In this document: positions 36,327-48,000 of the stretch, one piece after another
Position numbering within the stretch: position 1 is the stretch's first letter
How the letters are laid out: each line of letters begins with the position of its first letter
From: Psammoneis japonica
Lineage: Eukaryota
Direction: 5' to 3'
DNA length: 64,000 nucleotides
NCBI GenBank assembly: GCA_008632985.1
Contig: QPGO01000009.1
Location: 186,001 to 250,000 of the forward strand
Program-made: the position numbers and the translations under genes
The notes under the pieces: model-generated
Databases searched by the model: none
Told to the model about the DNA's origin: nothing
The model's input: the letters and a program-made list of their open reading frames with translations, nothing else

Positions 36327-37184
36327 TCACATACGAGGCAGCCCGTCCTCGTCAACACCACTGATCGCAAGCTCATTCAAAGCGTCCAGATGGTCGTTGA
36401 TTTCGTCTGCAAGATATTCCAGTTCCTCCTGAGACAAACCTAGTCCAACAGATGTGACTCCTTTCTTTCCATACAAGCGCAATTCACACTGAGGCACGTC
36501 ATTCACAATGGATGCAACCTCCATTTGCGCACCTTCGAGATCCTGAGTGGGACCATCCCTTTTCTTGATTACGGCGCCACCATACGTTGATTCCAAGGAC
36601 CAAGCATACTCTCCAATCGTCAGTGTCGACGCTACAAATGGATCCACCACCGCGGTCTTGGCCACCATGCCTCCTGCAGCCCAGAAAGGCAGCATAAATA
36701 GGAGAGGCGCAGCACCAGCGGCAAACGTTGCAGGGACAATGGCTGAGAACCACGCCGCGCTGAAAGCACCACTGAAAACAGCGTTCGCAGTGAGGCCTGT
36801 GCGTGGTAGCTCAACCACAAGAGTGCCTGCATCGGTACGTGATATTATAGATTGACTCCCCAAAGGAGGCTGTGACAGCGGCGCCGCTTCCGACGAGGAT
36901 TTGCTACGTAGTTTTTGTCTTGCTTCTTGCGCAGCCGCGATTGCTGCTTGTGCTGTCGCCAGCTTACGGGCATAATCTTCTTCTGGATCCTCATCATCCG
37001 GGAGTGGATCAGGGTAAAGATCATTCTGCTTTGTTTGATTCAGAGAAACATGTGAAATACGAAAGACAGGTCGTTGCAGTGCACGTTTTGTTGTCAGGAG
37101 GAACGCATGCTGATGGTGTGTCACAAACGCTGAAGCCAATCGAGATGTGACGAAAACCGCAACCAGAAATGGATGAAGAAGCAT
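36327..37184 (-). CDS. Putative plastid-targeted membrane protein (hypothetical)
   Basis: MLLHPFLVAVFVTSRLASAFV bipartite targeting sequence; two hydrophobic helices (FSAAWFSAIV, FMLPFWAAG). Confidence 0.75.
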   Translation of the reverse strand: MLLHPFLVAVFVTSRLASAFVTHHQHAFLLTTKRALQRPVFRISHVSLNQTKQNDLYPDPLPDDEDPEEDYARKLATAQAAIAAAQEARQKLRSKSSSEAAPLSQPPLGSQSIISRTDAGTLVVELPRTGLTANAVFSGAFSAAWFSAIVPATFAAGAAPLLFMLPFWAAGGMVAKTAVVDPFVASTLTIGEYAWSLESTYGGAVIKKRDGPTQDLEGAQMEVASIVNDVPQCELRLYGKKGVTSVGLGLSQEELEYLADEINDHLDALNELAISGVDEDGLPRM

Positions 37185-37229
37185 GTTTATTAGATTGTTG
37201 CAAGCTCGGGTTAGCGTGTGGTGCTTTAA

Positions 37230-39260
37230 CTTTTCAAGGCGACATTCAAGACGTTCAGAGTGCTTGTCATGCATGGACGATGCGTGCATGGACGATGGAC
37301 GACGTCTCCGGCCTTCTGGCCACCTGCCAGGCCGTGCGCGCATTTGGGATTTTGCCCGCCTTCGGCTGGTGGCACTGGGTGCGGCATTGTGCGGCATGCA
37401 AACGAGAGATGCAGAGAACACAGAAGATGCATGATTCTTCTTCTGTCAAGCGTTCACCTGACTCGCCACAGCATGCATGCACTGGGATTAACAAACTTTT
37501 TCAGTGCAAATTCTGTGTTCACCACATTCTTTGGACAGCCGCTGTCCCTCCAGAGATGATGGCGCTGGGCGTCATTTTGCCCTGCCCAGCAGAGATTGGG
37601 CAATGGCAACGAACAACCCCTCTGGCCTCTTTGGAGAAGGAGAAGGGTGTGAAACCCTGGGCTGAGAAAAACACTTGGGGCATGAATTTGTCTGAGAGCT
37701 TTGGAGAAAAAGGTGTGGGGTGCTTCTTTTGGCTGCGGCAGAGGAGTGGCCAAGAGCTCAGCGGCTCTTGCTGCGCTGTCAAAAAAGATGATGGTGAGCA
37801 GAGAGAGCTGTTGCTGCCGCTGCAAACTTGTGCACACTGAGCAGCTGTGACACCAGAGCACACTTTTCTCTGTGCGGCCTCTGGCGGCTCTCATCTTCTG
37901 CAGCCACCGGCGTGCCGGCACACATGCGCGCGCCACACCTGCCAGCTGCTTTGGCAGCAGCTGCACAAGATGAACAATCTGTTGATGCGCGCATGGCATC
38001 ACAAAGAGCCTTGATGAAAAACAAGCCATTGTCTCCCAGGGGGGGGGGGGGGGGGGGGGGCACATTGCAAAATGATGTCTGCCACATGGCTGCATGGCTG
38101 CTGACAAGCGGGCAAGTTTGGTGCCATGTTGTGTGAAAAAGCAGGGCTTGGAACACAGAGCAACATGAGCGGTGCTCCGGCGCTCATGTTGTTCAGAAAG
38201 CAGCAGGCAGTGCCAGCAGGAGAAAAGCACCATGAGTCCCACATGTGGTGTGCAAGTGCTGAACTTGCCCTGGCACTCAGTGCACAAATCAAAGCACAGC
38301 TCAAACTGGTGTTTGCAAGCAGCACACGCCGCACAATCTCAGCCAGCATTGCACGCAGCACTGTGCTGCCACTCACTCCTGCAGAAACCCATGGGGCATC
38401 GAGGGGGTGTGGCATTTCGACGCACATTTTCAGCATGCACACCAAAGAGCAGCGCTGCTGCAAGACAGGTGTGGAACAAAAAAGAGCTGTTGTTGTGCCT
38501 GTGCTGGCCTGTGAAAAAGTTTTCACAGCACAAGGCTGGGCTGGCTTCCCCCTTTGGTGGGGGGATCTTGCCAGAAGCCAGCGCAGCAGCCTCCCTTCCT
38601 CTTGTGCAGCCACCTTGGGCTGCTGCTTGTCTCTTGCACAAGCACCACCACCACCAGCAGCAGCAGCAGCATTTTGCACTTTTCAAGCCATTTCTTCTTC
38701 TTTGCCTGGAAAAGCAAGCTTGTGAGTTTTGTGCTTGCTTGCGCTCTTGTCTTTTTGCCTCTGATGGAAATCACAAGCCAAGGGGGGTTGCACAAAAAAA
38801 GTTTCTTTTGTTTGCCTCTGGCCCACTTTGCATCCAAAAAAGAGCCAGCTGGGTCAAGGGGCAAGTGTTGTTCCAAGAGAAAATGGTTGACAAATCAAAA
38901 ACCTGTGCTGGGTGCAGGCTGGCGTGGCATGTGTGGCCAATGAAGCAACTTTTTCTTTGGTTGACAGGCAGCTGGGAGACTGGAGCAAGCCAGAGATGCA
39001 GCAAACAGAGCAAGTGCCACCCTGCTCTTCTTTGTTTGTTGGCCCTGCAGCAGCACTCAACAGCTCCAAGCAGAAGCACACAGTTGGGTCATTGTGGGGC
39101 TTGTGTGTGAGCAGCAGACCCCTTCACATGCAAGTGCTCCACAGTGTCAACCCCTCCTCCCCCCCCTTTCCACCACCATCGCCACCACCACAGACAAAAA
39201 GAGCCGCTGTGCATGCAACAGCAAATGCTGGGTTGCCTGCCCCACCCCCAAGCAAGCAAA
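37230..39260. mobile_element. TpA-depleted degenerate repeat with a poly-G tract
   Basis: Almost no TpA for about 2 kb; G-run at 38039-38060; peptide HQQIVH shared with the 51635-52990 domain. Confidence 0.5.
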
Positions 39261-39536
39261 AAATGTAGGGTCCTTCTGGCTGTTGTCAAAAGACTCTCCC
39301 TGTTAGCTAGCTTGTGCGACTAAACATGCACAAAAGTGGCAAAGCAGTGTCCTGCCGTGCCATGTGGCCGTGCAAGTCGTGCAGGGCATTGCTTTTGAAA
39401 CACTGCACTGCCCGAAGTACATGCATGATGGGAAACCGAATCAGGCAAAATATGAAATATTGTGCATTTACCTTACGTATATACTATGCATATGGACTGG
39501 ATACCATCTCGATGCGCCTTTCCATCTCGGGCTTGT

Positions 39537-40976
39537 TCATTTCTTCTTGTGCTTTTTGTCCTTCTTTCCTTTCTTGTTCCTCTTTTTGGAAGTGGCGGCA
39601 GCTTGCACGGGGGCACTCTCGGTACGCGCAAGAGTCTTTCCGCTCTTCTTCTTGGAGCTACTCTCCTTGGAGCTACGAGACGGGGACGACGCCGGTGCCT
39701 TGGCATCAGATTGCTCTGACTTCTTCCTTCGCTTTTTCTTGGCACTCCCGGCAGTCGCAGGAGTAGTCTCTGACCTGCTGGAGCTACTCTTCTTGGAGCT
39801 ATGAGACGGGGACGACGCCGGTGCGGACTTTTTCCTTCGCTTCTTGGCACTCTCGGCAGTCGCAGGAGTAGTCTCGGAATTGTTTTTCCGTTTCTTGCCG
39901 CTCGCTGCTGGCTTGGGGCTTACAGCAGCGGGTGTTTTCGCTTTGCGCTTCTTCTCTGCAGTCAACATTGGTTTGATCGGCTTTCCCTCCGGCACCATGA
40001 ATGCGTGAAACCAATCAATCAAGCATCGCTCCTGGTACGCCGTAAAGCGGTAACGGTTGAGAGGTTCATCAGATCGAAATCGCCTGTAGAATGCAAGCAT
40101 CATGGCTTGCTCCTCTTCCAGAGTGAACCCCTCCTCATTGAGGGGCTCCTTCTTCTTCTTAGAGCGGTGCTTTTTCGCAGGAGGTGGAGGTGGCGAATCG
40201 TCGCTATCGCTGTCACTCGAGCTACTGCCACTGTCGCTTGACGTCTCTTCTTCTTCCTGCTCCTCTTCCTGTACAGCTGGAGGGGCAAGTCTCTTGCGTG
40301 ACCCATTCTTGGTGGAAGACTTGTCAGTGCTGGCGGTAGTGGACGCCGGAAGGGCCTTCGCGACAGACGCTTTGGCCGCAGATGACTTTCGTGACTTGTT
40401 CGACGTCACAGTGCTGTAATGAATTGTCATGCAATCCCTGCCTTCCTTTGGCGGAGAAACTACCACGGTGCGAAAGTTGGTGCCTTTACCGTGTTGTTGG
40501 TGTGGCCAAAAGACTCCAGTGTCAGTGCGCACCCAAACAACAACACGATCACTAACCCTGTTAATCGAACCATAAAAGTCAGAAAATGGATTCATGACGC
40601 CAAGAGTGGGCACTTCGGTCGCATTCACGGTGGATTCCGCCATAGTCAAGGCGACGCAAAAGGATTTGGTGATCTTCGAAGATGTTCCACTACCCTTGAC
40701 GACTATAGTGGTTTGCAAACCCGCTCCGTAGTTGAGACACACAGACGATCGATCGCCCTGCTTCATCTCCGCTTCAGCCCGAGAATGTAAGCGGTATAGC
40801 CAGCTCCCGATCTCCTCGACAATATGACGAGTCCAGCCGGCAACCGACATTCCATCGTTTAGAACCAAGCTGGAGAGCACATTTCCCGTGTTGCGCCACT
40901 CGTCTTGCTCGGCCTCCGTTGGCATCAATCGGAACGTAACAAGGACTGCAGGGTTCTTTTCTTCGGCCGTCGCCAT
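39537..40976 (-). CDS. Hypothetical Lys/Ser-rich (probably nuclear) protein with C-terminal tandem repeats
   Basis: Long clean ORF from MATAEEKN; acidic Ser tract; repeated SETTPATA.SAKK.RRKKS...APASSPS units; basic NLS-like runs. Confidence 0.65.
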   Translation of the reverse strand: MATAEEKNPAVLVTFRLMPTEAEQDEWRNTGNVLSSLVLNDGMSVAGWTRHIVEEIGSWLYRLHSRAEAEMKQGDRSSVCLNYGAGLQTTIVVKGSGTSSKITKSFCVALTMAESTVNATEVPTLGVMNPFSDFYGSINRVSDRVVVWVRTDTGVFWPHQQHGKGTNFRTVVVSPPKEGRDCMTIHYSTVTSNKSRKSSAAKASVAKALPASTTASTDKSSTKNGSRKRLAPPAVQEEEQEEEETSSDSGSSSSDSDSDDSPPPPPAKKHRSKKKKEPLNEEGFTLEEEQAMMLAFYRRFRSDEPLNRYRFTAYQERCLIDWFHAFMVPEGKPIKPMLTAEKKRKAKTPAAVSPKPAASGKKRKNNSETTPATAESAKKRRKKSAPASSPSHSSKKSSSSRSETTPATAGSAKKKRRKKSEQSDAKAPASSPSRSSKESSSKKKSGKTLARTESAPVQAAATSKKRNKKGKKDKKHKKK

Positions 40977-41799
40977 GATGAGTTGGTGATTGCTATTTGA
41001 AAGATAAAGCAAGCACGAAATGGTGTGAGCATGAGGGCAAACACGACAAAATACCGTGTACGCGTTGAGATCGTGTATTTAGCCGTGTTAGACAGGCACA
41101 ACGATTTTATCCGTACTGGGTACGGCACGGCTCCCAGGAACAAACAGTAGGAGGAAAACACGTGGATTCCTTCTCCGTCACTAGCCACCCCCGCCTCTTT
41201 CTCGAAGCATGGCAATCACTAGAACGACAAGCATCAATCGAATGAAGCAACTTACATGCAGATCAAGGGGAGGGGATGAGGACGTGTGCTATTCCGCTTG
41301 AACAGTCAACAGTGTTCTGATTGGGAGTTGTGCTCCTGAATAAAATGAAGACGAGAGCAGAAGGAAGAATTCTTGTCGTGACGCACGAAATGAAGTTCTT
41401 TTGCCGTAGGAATCCCTACGTTTTGTACGGAGAGCTCGTATCTTTTTCTCTTCCGACTACCGTGTGGCCCTACTGTAAAATGTACGTATGTAAAAAGTAC
41501 GCCCTTGCGGTATAGCGCTTCTAATCGCGCGACTTGCCGGGCGGTGTCACTGACCTGAGCCCTACAATACATCCAGTGCTGAATATCCCTGCATATGCTC
41601 GAATTTGCACCGACATGCTCCAGATCGTGTGGACATACTGTATGTACTGTAGGTTTGCTGGTGCAAATACGTAGAATTTCACGTACCGTAGCTGCACTGA
41701 AGATGGTCTCTGGAGGGGGTCTGTGCAGGCGAGAGTGCATAGGAGTAGGTCTCTGGACGGGCGGGGTCTGTGCACAAGTAGTAGGGACATACTGTAACA

Positions 41800-42830
41800 T
41801 TCACACCGCCCGGTGTCTACCGGCACTCTCTCTCTAGCTACAGGTCTACAGGTACTCGTACTATAACATCGAGAGAGTCCGCCCCACCAGGTGCCGCATG
41901 GAACTAGGCCACTACCTGTACAGTACGGTAATGCTGTGGGTGGGGGCTTACGACGATGCGGCGGGAATACACGCACACTTCCACTCTCTCTCTCTACTAG
42001 TGTAGTAGTTCCCTTACTAGCTAGTAGTAGCTAGTAGTAGAGGTGGTTGAATGCCATGTATGGTATGCGGAAAGAACGTGGAGCTACTTGCGAATGACGT
42101 GCAAGGCCTCTCTAGAGAGTACCGTAGTAGCTGCGCCTTGCTCTACTGTACCCACTACTCTCTACTAGCTAGTAGAGGGCACTACTACAGTGCATGCAGT
42201 GGTATCATAGCTACGACTTAGCAGCCAGGCCAGCCAGTGAGAGAAAAGCGCCACCATCCGTCCAACCCTGCGCGTGCGCATGTACCAGCTCCCACGCGAG
42301 TGGCCTCAGGTTTTGAGTCACATCGATCATCGTCACTATCTTGGCGGCACCAAGGGATGGACACTATGGTACCGTACTGTAGACCTACTGTACAGTATGC
42401 TGACACACGACGTACGACGTAACACCCAACAGTGCGGGCGCAGTGCTACGGTTTCATTACATACAGTAGAAGTGAGAGTAAATTGATACGGTACGTACAG
42501 TAGGTACATGTAGGCCCTATGCGACCCGTGACTACATACAGCACCGGCACCGTTAGGGCTCTACGACCGTAAAGCCTCTACTCTCTCTCTAGGTAGAGAG
42601 CTATGATAGGGCTCTACGACTGTAAAGCCTCTACTACTAGAGTTACTAAAAAAAAAAAACAGATCTACTAGAGCTAGCTAGATAGAGGAACCTACCAGGT
42701 AATCACCGACGAGTGGGAGAGTTGGCACGTACGCTGCGCTCTACTACGGTGCTACTCTAGAGAGACTAGTGCAGTTAGAGTATGAAAAGCGCACACCAGA
42801 TACCACGGCGCTACTTGCTTTGAACTACTG
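41800..42830. repeat. CTAG/CTAC/GTAG/GTAC-rich low-complexity spacer
   Basis: Dense ctactag/gtagtag/ctctctac motifs; direct repeat TAGGGCTCTACGAC.GTAAAGCCTCTACT at about 42554 and 42607. Confidence 0.7.
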
Positions 42831-43615
42831 TACTTACAGATTTGTACACTTACTCCTTAAGTTCCGACTACAGCACCACCCCTGCATGTGTTGTGCGAAA
42901 CTGGCTTTCTGTGCAGTCTGTGAATCCACTTCATGCTAGATCTACTTCAATTTGAAAACATTCGGTCTCAATGGATAAATCATAAATCCCGACCTAATCA
43001 ATTCTTGCAGTTTAATTGTGAACAGTTTCACACCCCGTTGGCCCATCGACAGACTAGACGCGTAACCACATTAGTGGAGGAAATTTGTCTATATCAACAT
43101 ATCTTTGAATCAATTGTGTTCCCACAACTAGTGGCTAATTCGCCACTGTATAGAGGGTGGCGGCTACGATAGTCCCTCTCTTCCACGCCAACAATGATTT
43201 TGTGCAAAGTCCAGTGCGTGCGCTGCTTGCTGAAGTGCTGGCCTCTAAAAAGATTATAAAAGGCATTCGACGGCATTCTCACGTACCACTCCGCATTGAG
43301 CAAAGGTAGAGCACCACAAATAGACCAAGAGGAGATAGTCAGAATGTGAAGAACCGGAGCAAGGAGCGGTGGGGAACGAAATCGTTTGAGGGCAGTGAAT
43401 CTTTTCCCTGACAATCCTATCTCAAAACGACTAATACGTGATTTTTGAGGAGGTTATGTCCACGTCAACAGGGCCCCACAATGCCAGCCGACGATGAGTA
43501 TGCCACATAAATCTACCATCAAAACTTTCAGCCGAGAAGGCGACCATCAACACACGGCCGGCGCCTAAGTCAAACTCAGTGAGACCTTCAGCCAAACAGC
43601 CACGCTCTATTTTGT

Positions 43616-44788
43616 TTAGATCCATCCAATAGCTTCCGGTAATTCAATTCCTTCTCGATTCAGTAATGCTCGACTTGTTCTCTTTTGAACACTATGAAGA
43701 ATTCCCTTGAGTTTCAAAACATTGAATTCGTGTTCGCTCAAGTCCCCAGGCCGTATTGGTCCCTTGTCGCTGTCCTTGGAACACGCGGAAAGGTGTGCCA
43801 AGGTTATTGCCGTAGCCACCGACAAGTTGAAGCTTTCGGCAAAACCGCACATTGGTAGTGTAAAGGTCTCATCCGCCAAGGCACGCATTTCGTCCGAGAT
43901 ACCACTCCCCTCATTTCCCATGACAATGCATATAGGACGATCGTCCCCCGATTCGTCGCCCCAATCAATGTCACGAATGTCTTTGGAGTTGGGATTCAAA
44001 TCCGAAGCATAAATCTTGTAACCTTTGTTATCCCGCAATTCTTCAATGGCACTCTTGGTGGAAACGTAATTGTGAATTGTGAGCCATTGAGCACTTCCCA
44101 TAGCCGATCGCATTCCCGATTTTTGTGCTATTGCTGATTTACCCTTGTATTCAGTTGAGTCAATGACAATATCGACATGTTGAATACCAAACGAGTCTAT
44201 GGTTCGCATACAGGCCCACACGTTGCTGGGATTGGATGGATTTTCAAACAGGAATCGAGTGTGTTGTGTTCGTTTCTTCAAAACGGAATCCATTTTCTCC
44301 AATCGTTCGTCATTGACAAATGGAAGCAAGACATTGGTGGCATCCTGAACGAGTTTGGGAGGAAGAGAATCGAGAGCATGGAGTCGTTCCTGAAAACGCT
44401 TTGCCATGGCACGGTCGCGTTGTGCTTCAACTTTGGCGACTTGATCTATATCATGCTCTGTTTCCATAATTGCTCTCTGTGCGTCAACGTCAACCCATTT
44501 TGGACTGTACAATCATGGATAGTCTATAGTGAGAATGCAACAGTTTCGTTGGTAAGAATCGTGTGGCTACAAAAGTACGCACCGTTCTGAAAACTCAAAT
44601 GTTTCCCAGTCCAACGTTGCCGGAGAAGAAGAAGATTTGCTAGACCGCCTGTACTTTTGGCTGTACAATTGCCAAGTCTTGCTGTGTGATCGAAACCCAG
44701 ATCTCCCTGAAAATGCTCCAGCAGTATGTTTTGTCAATAAGAAGAAGCACATGAAGAATGCTGCTGCTGCCGCTCCCATCAGTCTCAT
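43616..44788 (-). CDS. trmH: SpoU/TrmH-family RNA 2'-O-ribose methyltransferase, with N-terminal targeting sequence; intron 44505-44582
   Basis: SPOUT motifs ENPSNPSNVWACMRTIDSFG, IVMGNEGSGIS, LPMCGFAESFNLSVA; GT-AG intron joins the N-terminal exon in frame. Confidence 0.88.
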
Positions 44789-45065
44789 GACGATGTCGTC
44801 TATCGGTCTATTGGATGGGGTGGAAAAATGAGATGAGAGATGAGAGCGAGATAGTGGTGAGTTTTGAGTTTGGTCGGAGGGCGGACAGAAATTTTCATAA
44901 ATACTTATATATCTCAACGGAAAAATTATAATAATTTACACGCTTTTTAAATGTATAATTTTTACATAAATTTACATAGAATATAAGCGAGTCCTCGTTC
45001 GTGACCTTTTACTCGGAGCGGCGTGGAGCGATGAAGGATCGACAAGTCATTTCAGAAGTTTCACC
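44789..45065. promoter_or_regulatory. Short divergent intergenic region with an AT-rich core (candidate bidirectional promoter)
   Basis: 277 bp between head-to-head ATGs (44788 minus, 45066 plus); very AT-rich at about 44890-44985. Confidence 0.45.
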
Positions 45066-48000
45066 ATGGCGGCGGCTGCAGGGGCGGTGGCCCCACAAGA
45101 AGCACCAAACGAGTCCCATAAAATGGACCCAATAAGCCGCTTGCACAAGAAACTGAAGGAGTATGAGGCGCTACTTCGTCATGTGGCCGTGGTCATGGCG
45201 GCTCTGGTTGCATCTCTTTTTGCGACGGGGAACGGTATTCTGCTTGTGAATTGGATCATACTTCCCGTTTGGAATTTTGCATTGCTCGTTATTGGTACTA
45301 CAATGGGAATCGGGCTGGGTCTGGGCTTGGCGTCTCATGTTCATGATCGACTCGAAGTGTGGCACGCACGTCACGATGCCGAAACCAACACTGAATCATC
45401 GTCGAAATTGAAATCAACAGCAACAACATCTTATCAACGAGTCAGGAGTTCTAGTATGCGTATCAGCAGCAACAACAACTCGTCTGCATGGGAGGAAGAA
45501 ACGAATTATGCATCACTTATGGCAAGTGCGGGATACGATGTTTCTGACCGCATACATCGGTGTCAGGTGCTACGGAGCTCTTCGTCCTTTCTAAAGCCCT
45601 TTTACCCATTTACCAATGTCCCTCCGGAGGAACAACACGGACCGCAAATCATGGCACAGCAATGGCCGCATCTTTCAAGCAGTATAAGCTTTCAATTGGG
45701 TCGTTTCATTGAACACGTGGTGCGAGACTTTGTCGCGTCGTGGTACAGCATAATTGATCCGGGATGTCCTTATGAGAACGAAAAGGAAAAACGAAAACGA
45801 ATCAAACAAGCCGAGGAGAATGGAGAGACGGATGAAACAGATCAGAAGCCCTCACAGGAACAAGAACCTTCATCTGATAGAGTAATGGTTTGGAGTACAG
45901 CCACGTCTCGCCCTCTTCCCATGTTGCATACGGTTTATCACACGCTCGCAATCATGATGGGAAACCTTAGTGCGCGGGTTGAGCATGTCAATGTCTTTTC
46001 CTTAATTCTTGTCAAGTGGACAAGAGTTCTTGGCCATTCCTTCAAGGTTTATCGTCAAATGAGACGCTTGGCCATCAAAAAGTCGGCATCACCACAAGAC
46101 AGCAACAAGTCGAAACGAAAAAAGTCAAAATCACCCAAGAAATCATTGAAACGATCACACTCAGCTCCGCTACGAGATCCACCAACTCGCACACAGCCAT
46201 CCCGGAGCGTCGCATCGTCCGTCATGGGGACCAACGCGGAACTACTTAATTTGCAGCAAGCACAAGAAGACGACGAGGAGGGTAACCTGACACAGTCTGC
46301 CCCTTCTTCGTCACAGCATCTGAGCAATGTTGCAGAAGAAGGGGAAGAGGATTTGCGCCCCGATGATGCCGACAAGGACAATCATGGCGAAGAGGAATTC
46401 GATTCTAAACAGAAACTGCCTTATGTTTCCGAAATGGCCATGGCTAAGGAATACCTCCTGGCGGGCAAGCTACATTGTGCCGTTACGTTTGGATTGGACG
46501 TGCCGAGTCTACTTTTTGCCGACACGTTGGGAAGAGAGTGTGGCGTGGGTAGTGATGACGAAGAAATACCAACAAACATGACGGAAGATGAGGTGTTGGA
46601 GAAGCGCCTCTTTTCTACCAAGGTGCTTTCGGAATGCGAAATGGACTATTGCCGCATCTTGTCGCATCGGTTTTGTAGAACCCTCTTGCCACGGAGCGAA
46701 TTTGCGTCTCCCATTATTCGAACGCTCTTTACTGAAATCTTGGCTGGAAATGTCATTTCGACAATTATGGGCTGCTTTACGCCCGTGTACATGAATGACT
46801 GGATTTGTACAGCTATTGACAAAATGTCTGCCGCACGACAAGATGCGCAAGAGCAAGGAGAAGACGATATTGATGACAACGACGACGACGACGAGGGAAT
46901 CGGAGTTCAGTCTTCCGAGGACGGTGTTGATATCATGCTGGAATCAAACGACGATGAATTTGATGAAAAAGAAACGAGTCGGGAGAAAGGTATTGAAATA
47001 AAAATTGCTGGCTCGGATAATGATGGAGACAGGAGCGAAAAGGATGAACCAGACCAGTCGGGTGACGACACTGGCGATGATGAATTGGAAGATCACGAGA
47101 AGGAGACCAGCATCTACTCTTTTGGTACTTCTGACCATGATGTTGACGAGCATTTTGATGACGACAACATGGAACAGCAGTCTCGAGATAAGCCACCAAA
47201 GTCGGCGGGACAGGACATTTTGCCTCTACTGGCAATGGCGCTGGTAGACCTTTCGAATCACGTTGATTTCGACCACTGTCGTGAGGCTAGGCTTGGCTCT
47301 GAAAAGGTAGTTATTGATTGGGACGCACCCGCATGTCGACAGGCTGTTCGTCGTTTGGTTCTCGTCATCGAGGGCGCTCTGCTCCACGGATGCCGCTCTT
47401 CAAGAAGACGGGTACCGCCCAAGAAGAGAGAGGACACGGGCGATAATCATTTTGACGATGGCGACAAAACCAAGATTGACGAGGACTCATTTGACCACGA
47501 AGTTGACAGCAATCACCATGAAGCAGTCGAGGTGACACTCCCACAATATCAGTTCTCAACCCTTTCTCAGATTCTCATGGAGTTAACAAGTGACATTGAC
47601 GCTTTTGAAGAGAGAGTTGCTACGGAGGAGAGAGAACACGCCATTGAAGTCGAAGAAGCGCCTATTGACGACGAAGAAGCTCCTATTGACGCGGAACGTA
47701 AACCCACCAAGACCGAAGTTTCGACTCTTCGAACGTTGATTGCTGCATGGCTACACACTGGTCAAATCTACCACATTGTATCCGTCATTGCACTGGCAAG
47801 AACCAGTATCCTTGAGCCGTTTTATAAAGAGAGCAGCTTTCTCCGAAATCCGGACAACGCACGAGATCTCGTTCAGCAGCTGAAAACCTTGGACGGAGTT
47901 GACATTTTGGTTGACACCATGGATGTGCTTTCCAGTAGCACTCTTGATTTCGAAGGGCGCCAAGTTAGAATGCTGGAGCCCCAAGAGGTGGAAATCCCAG

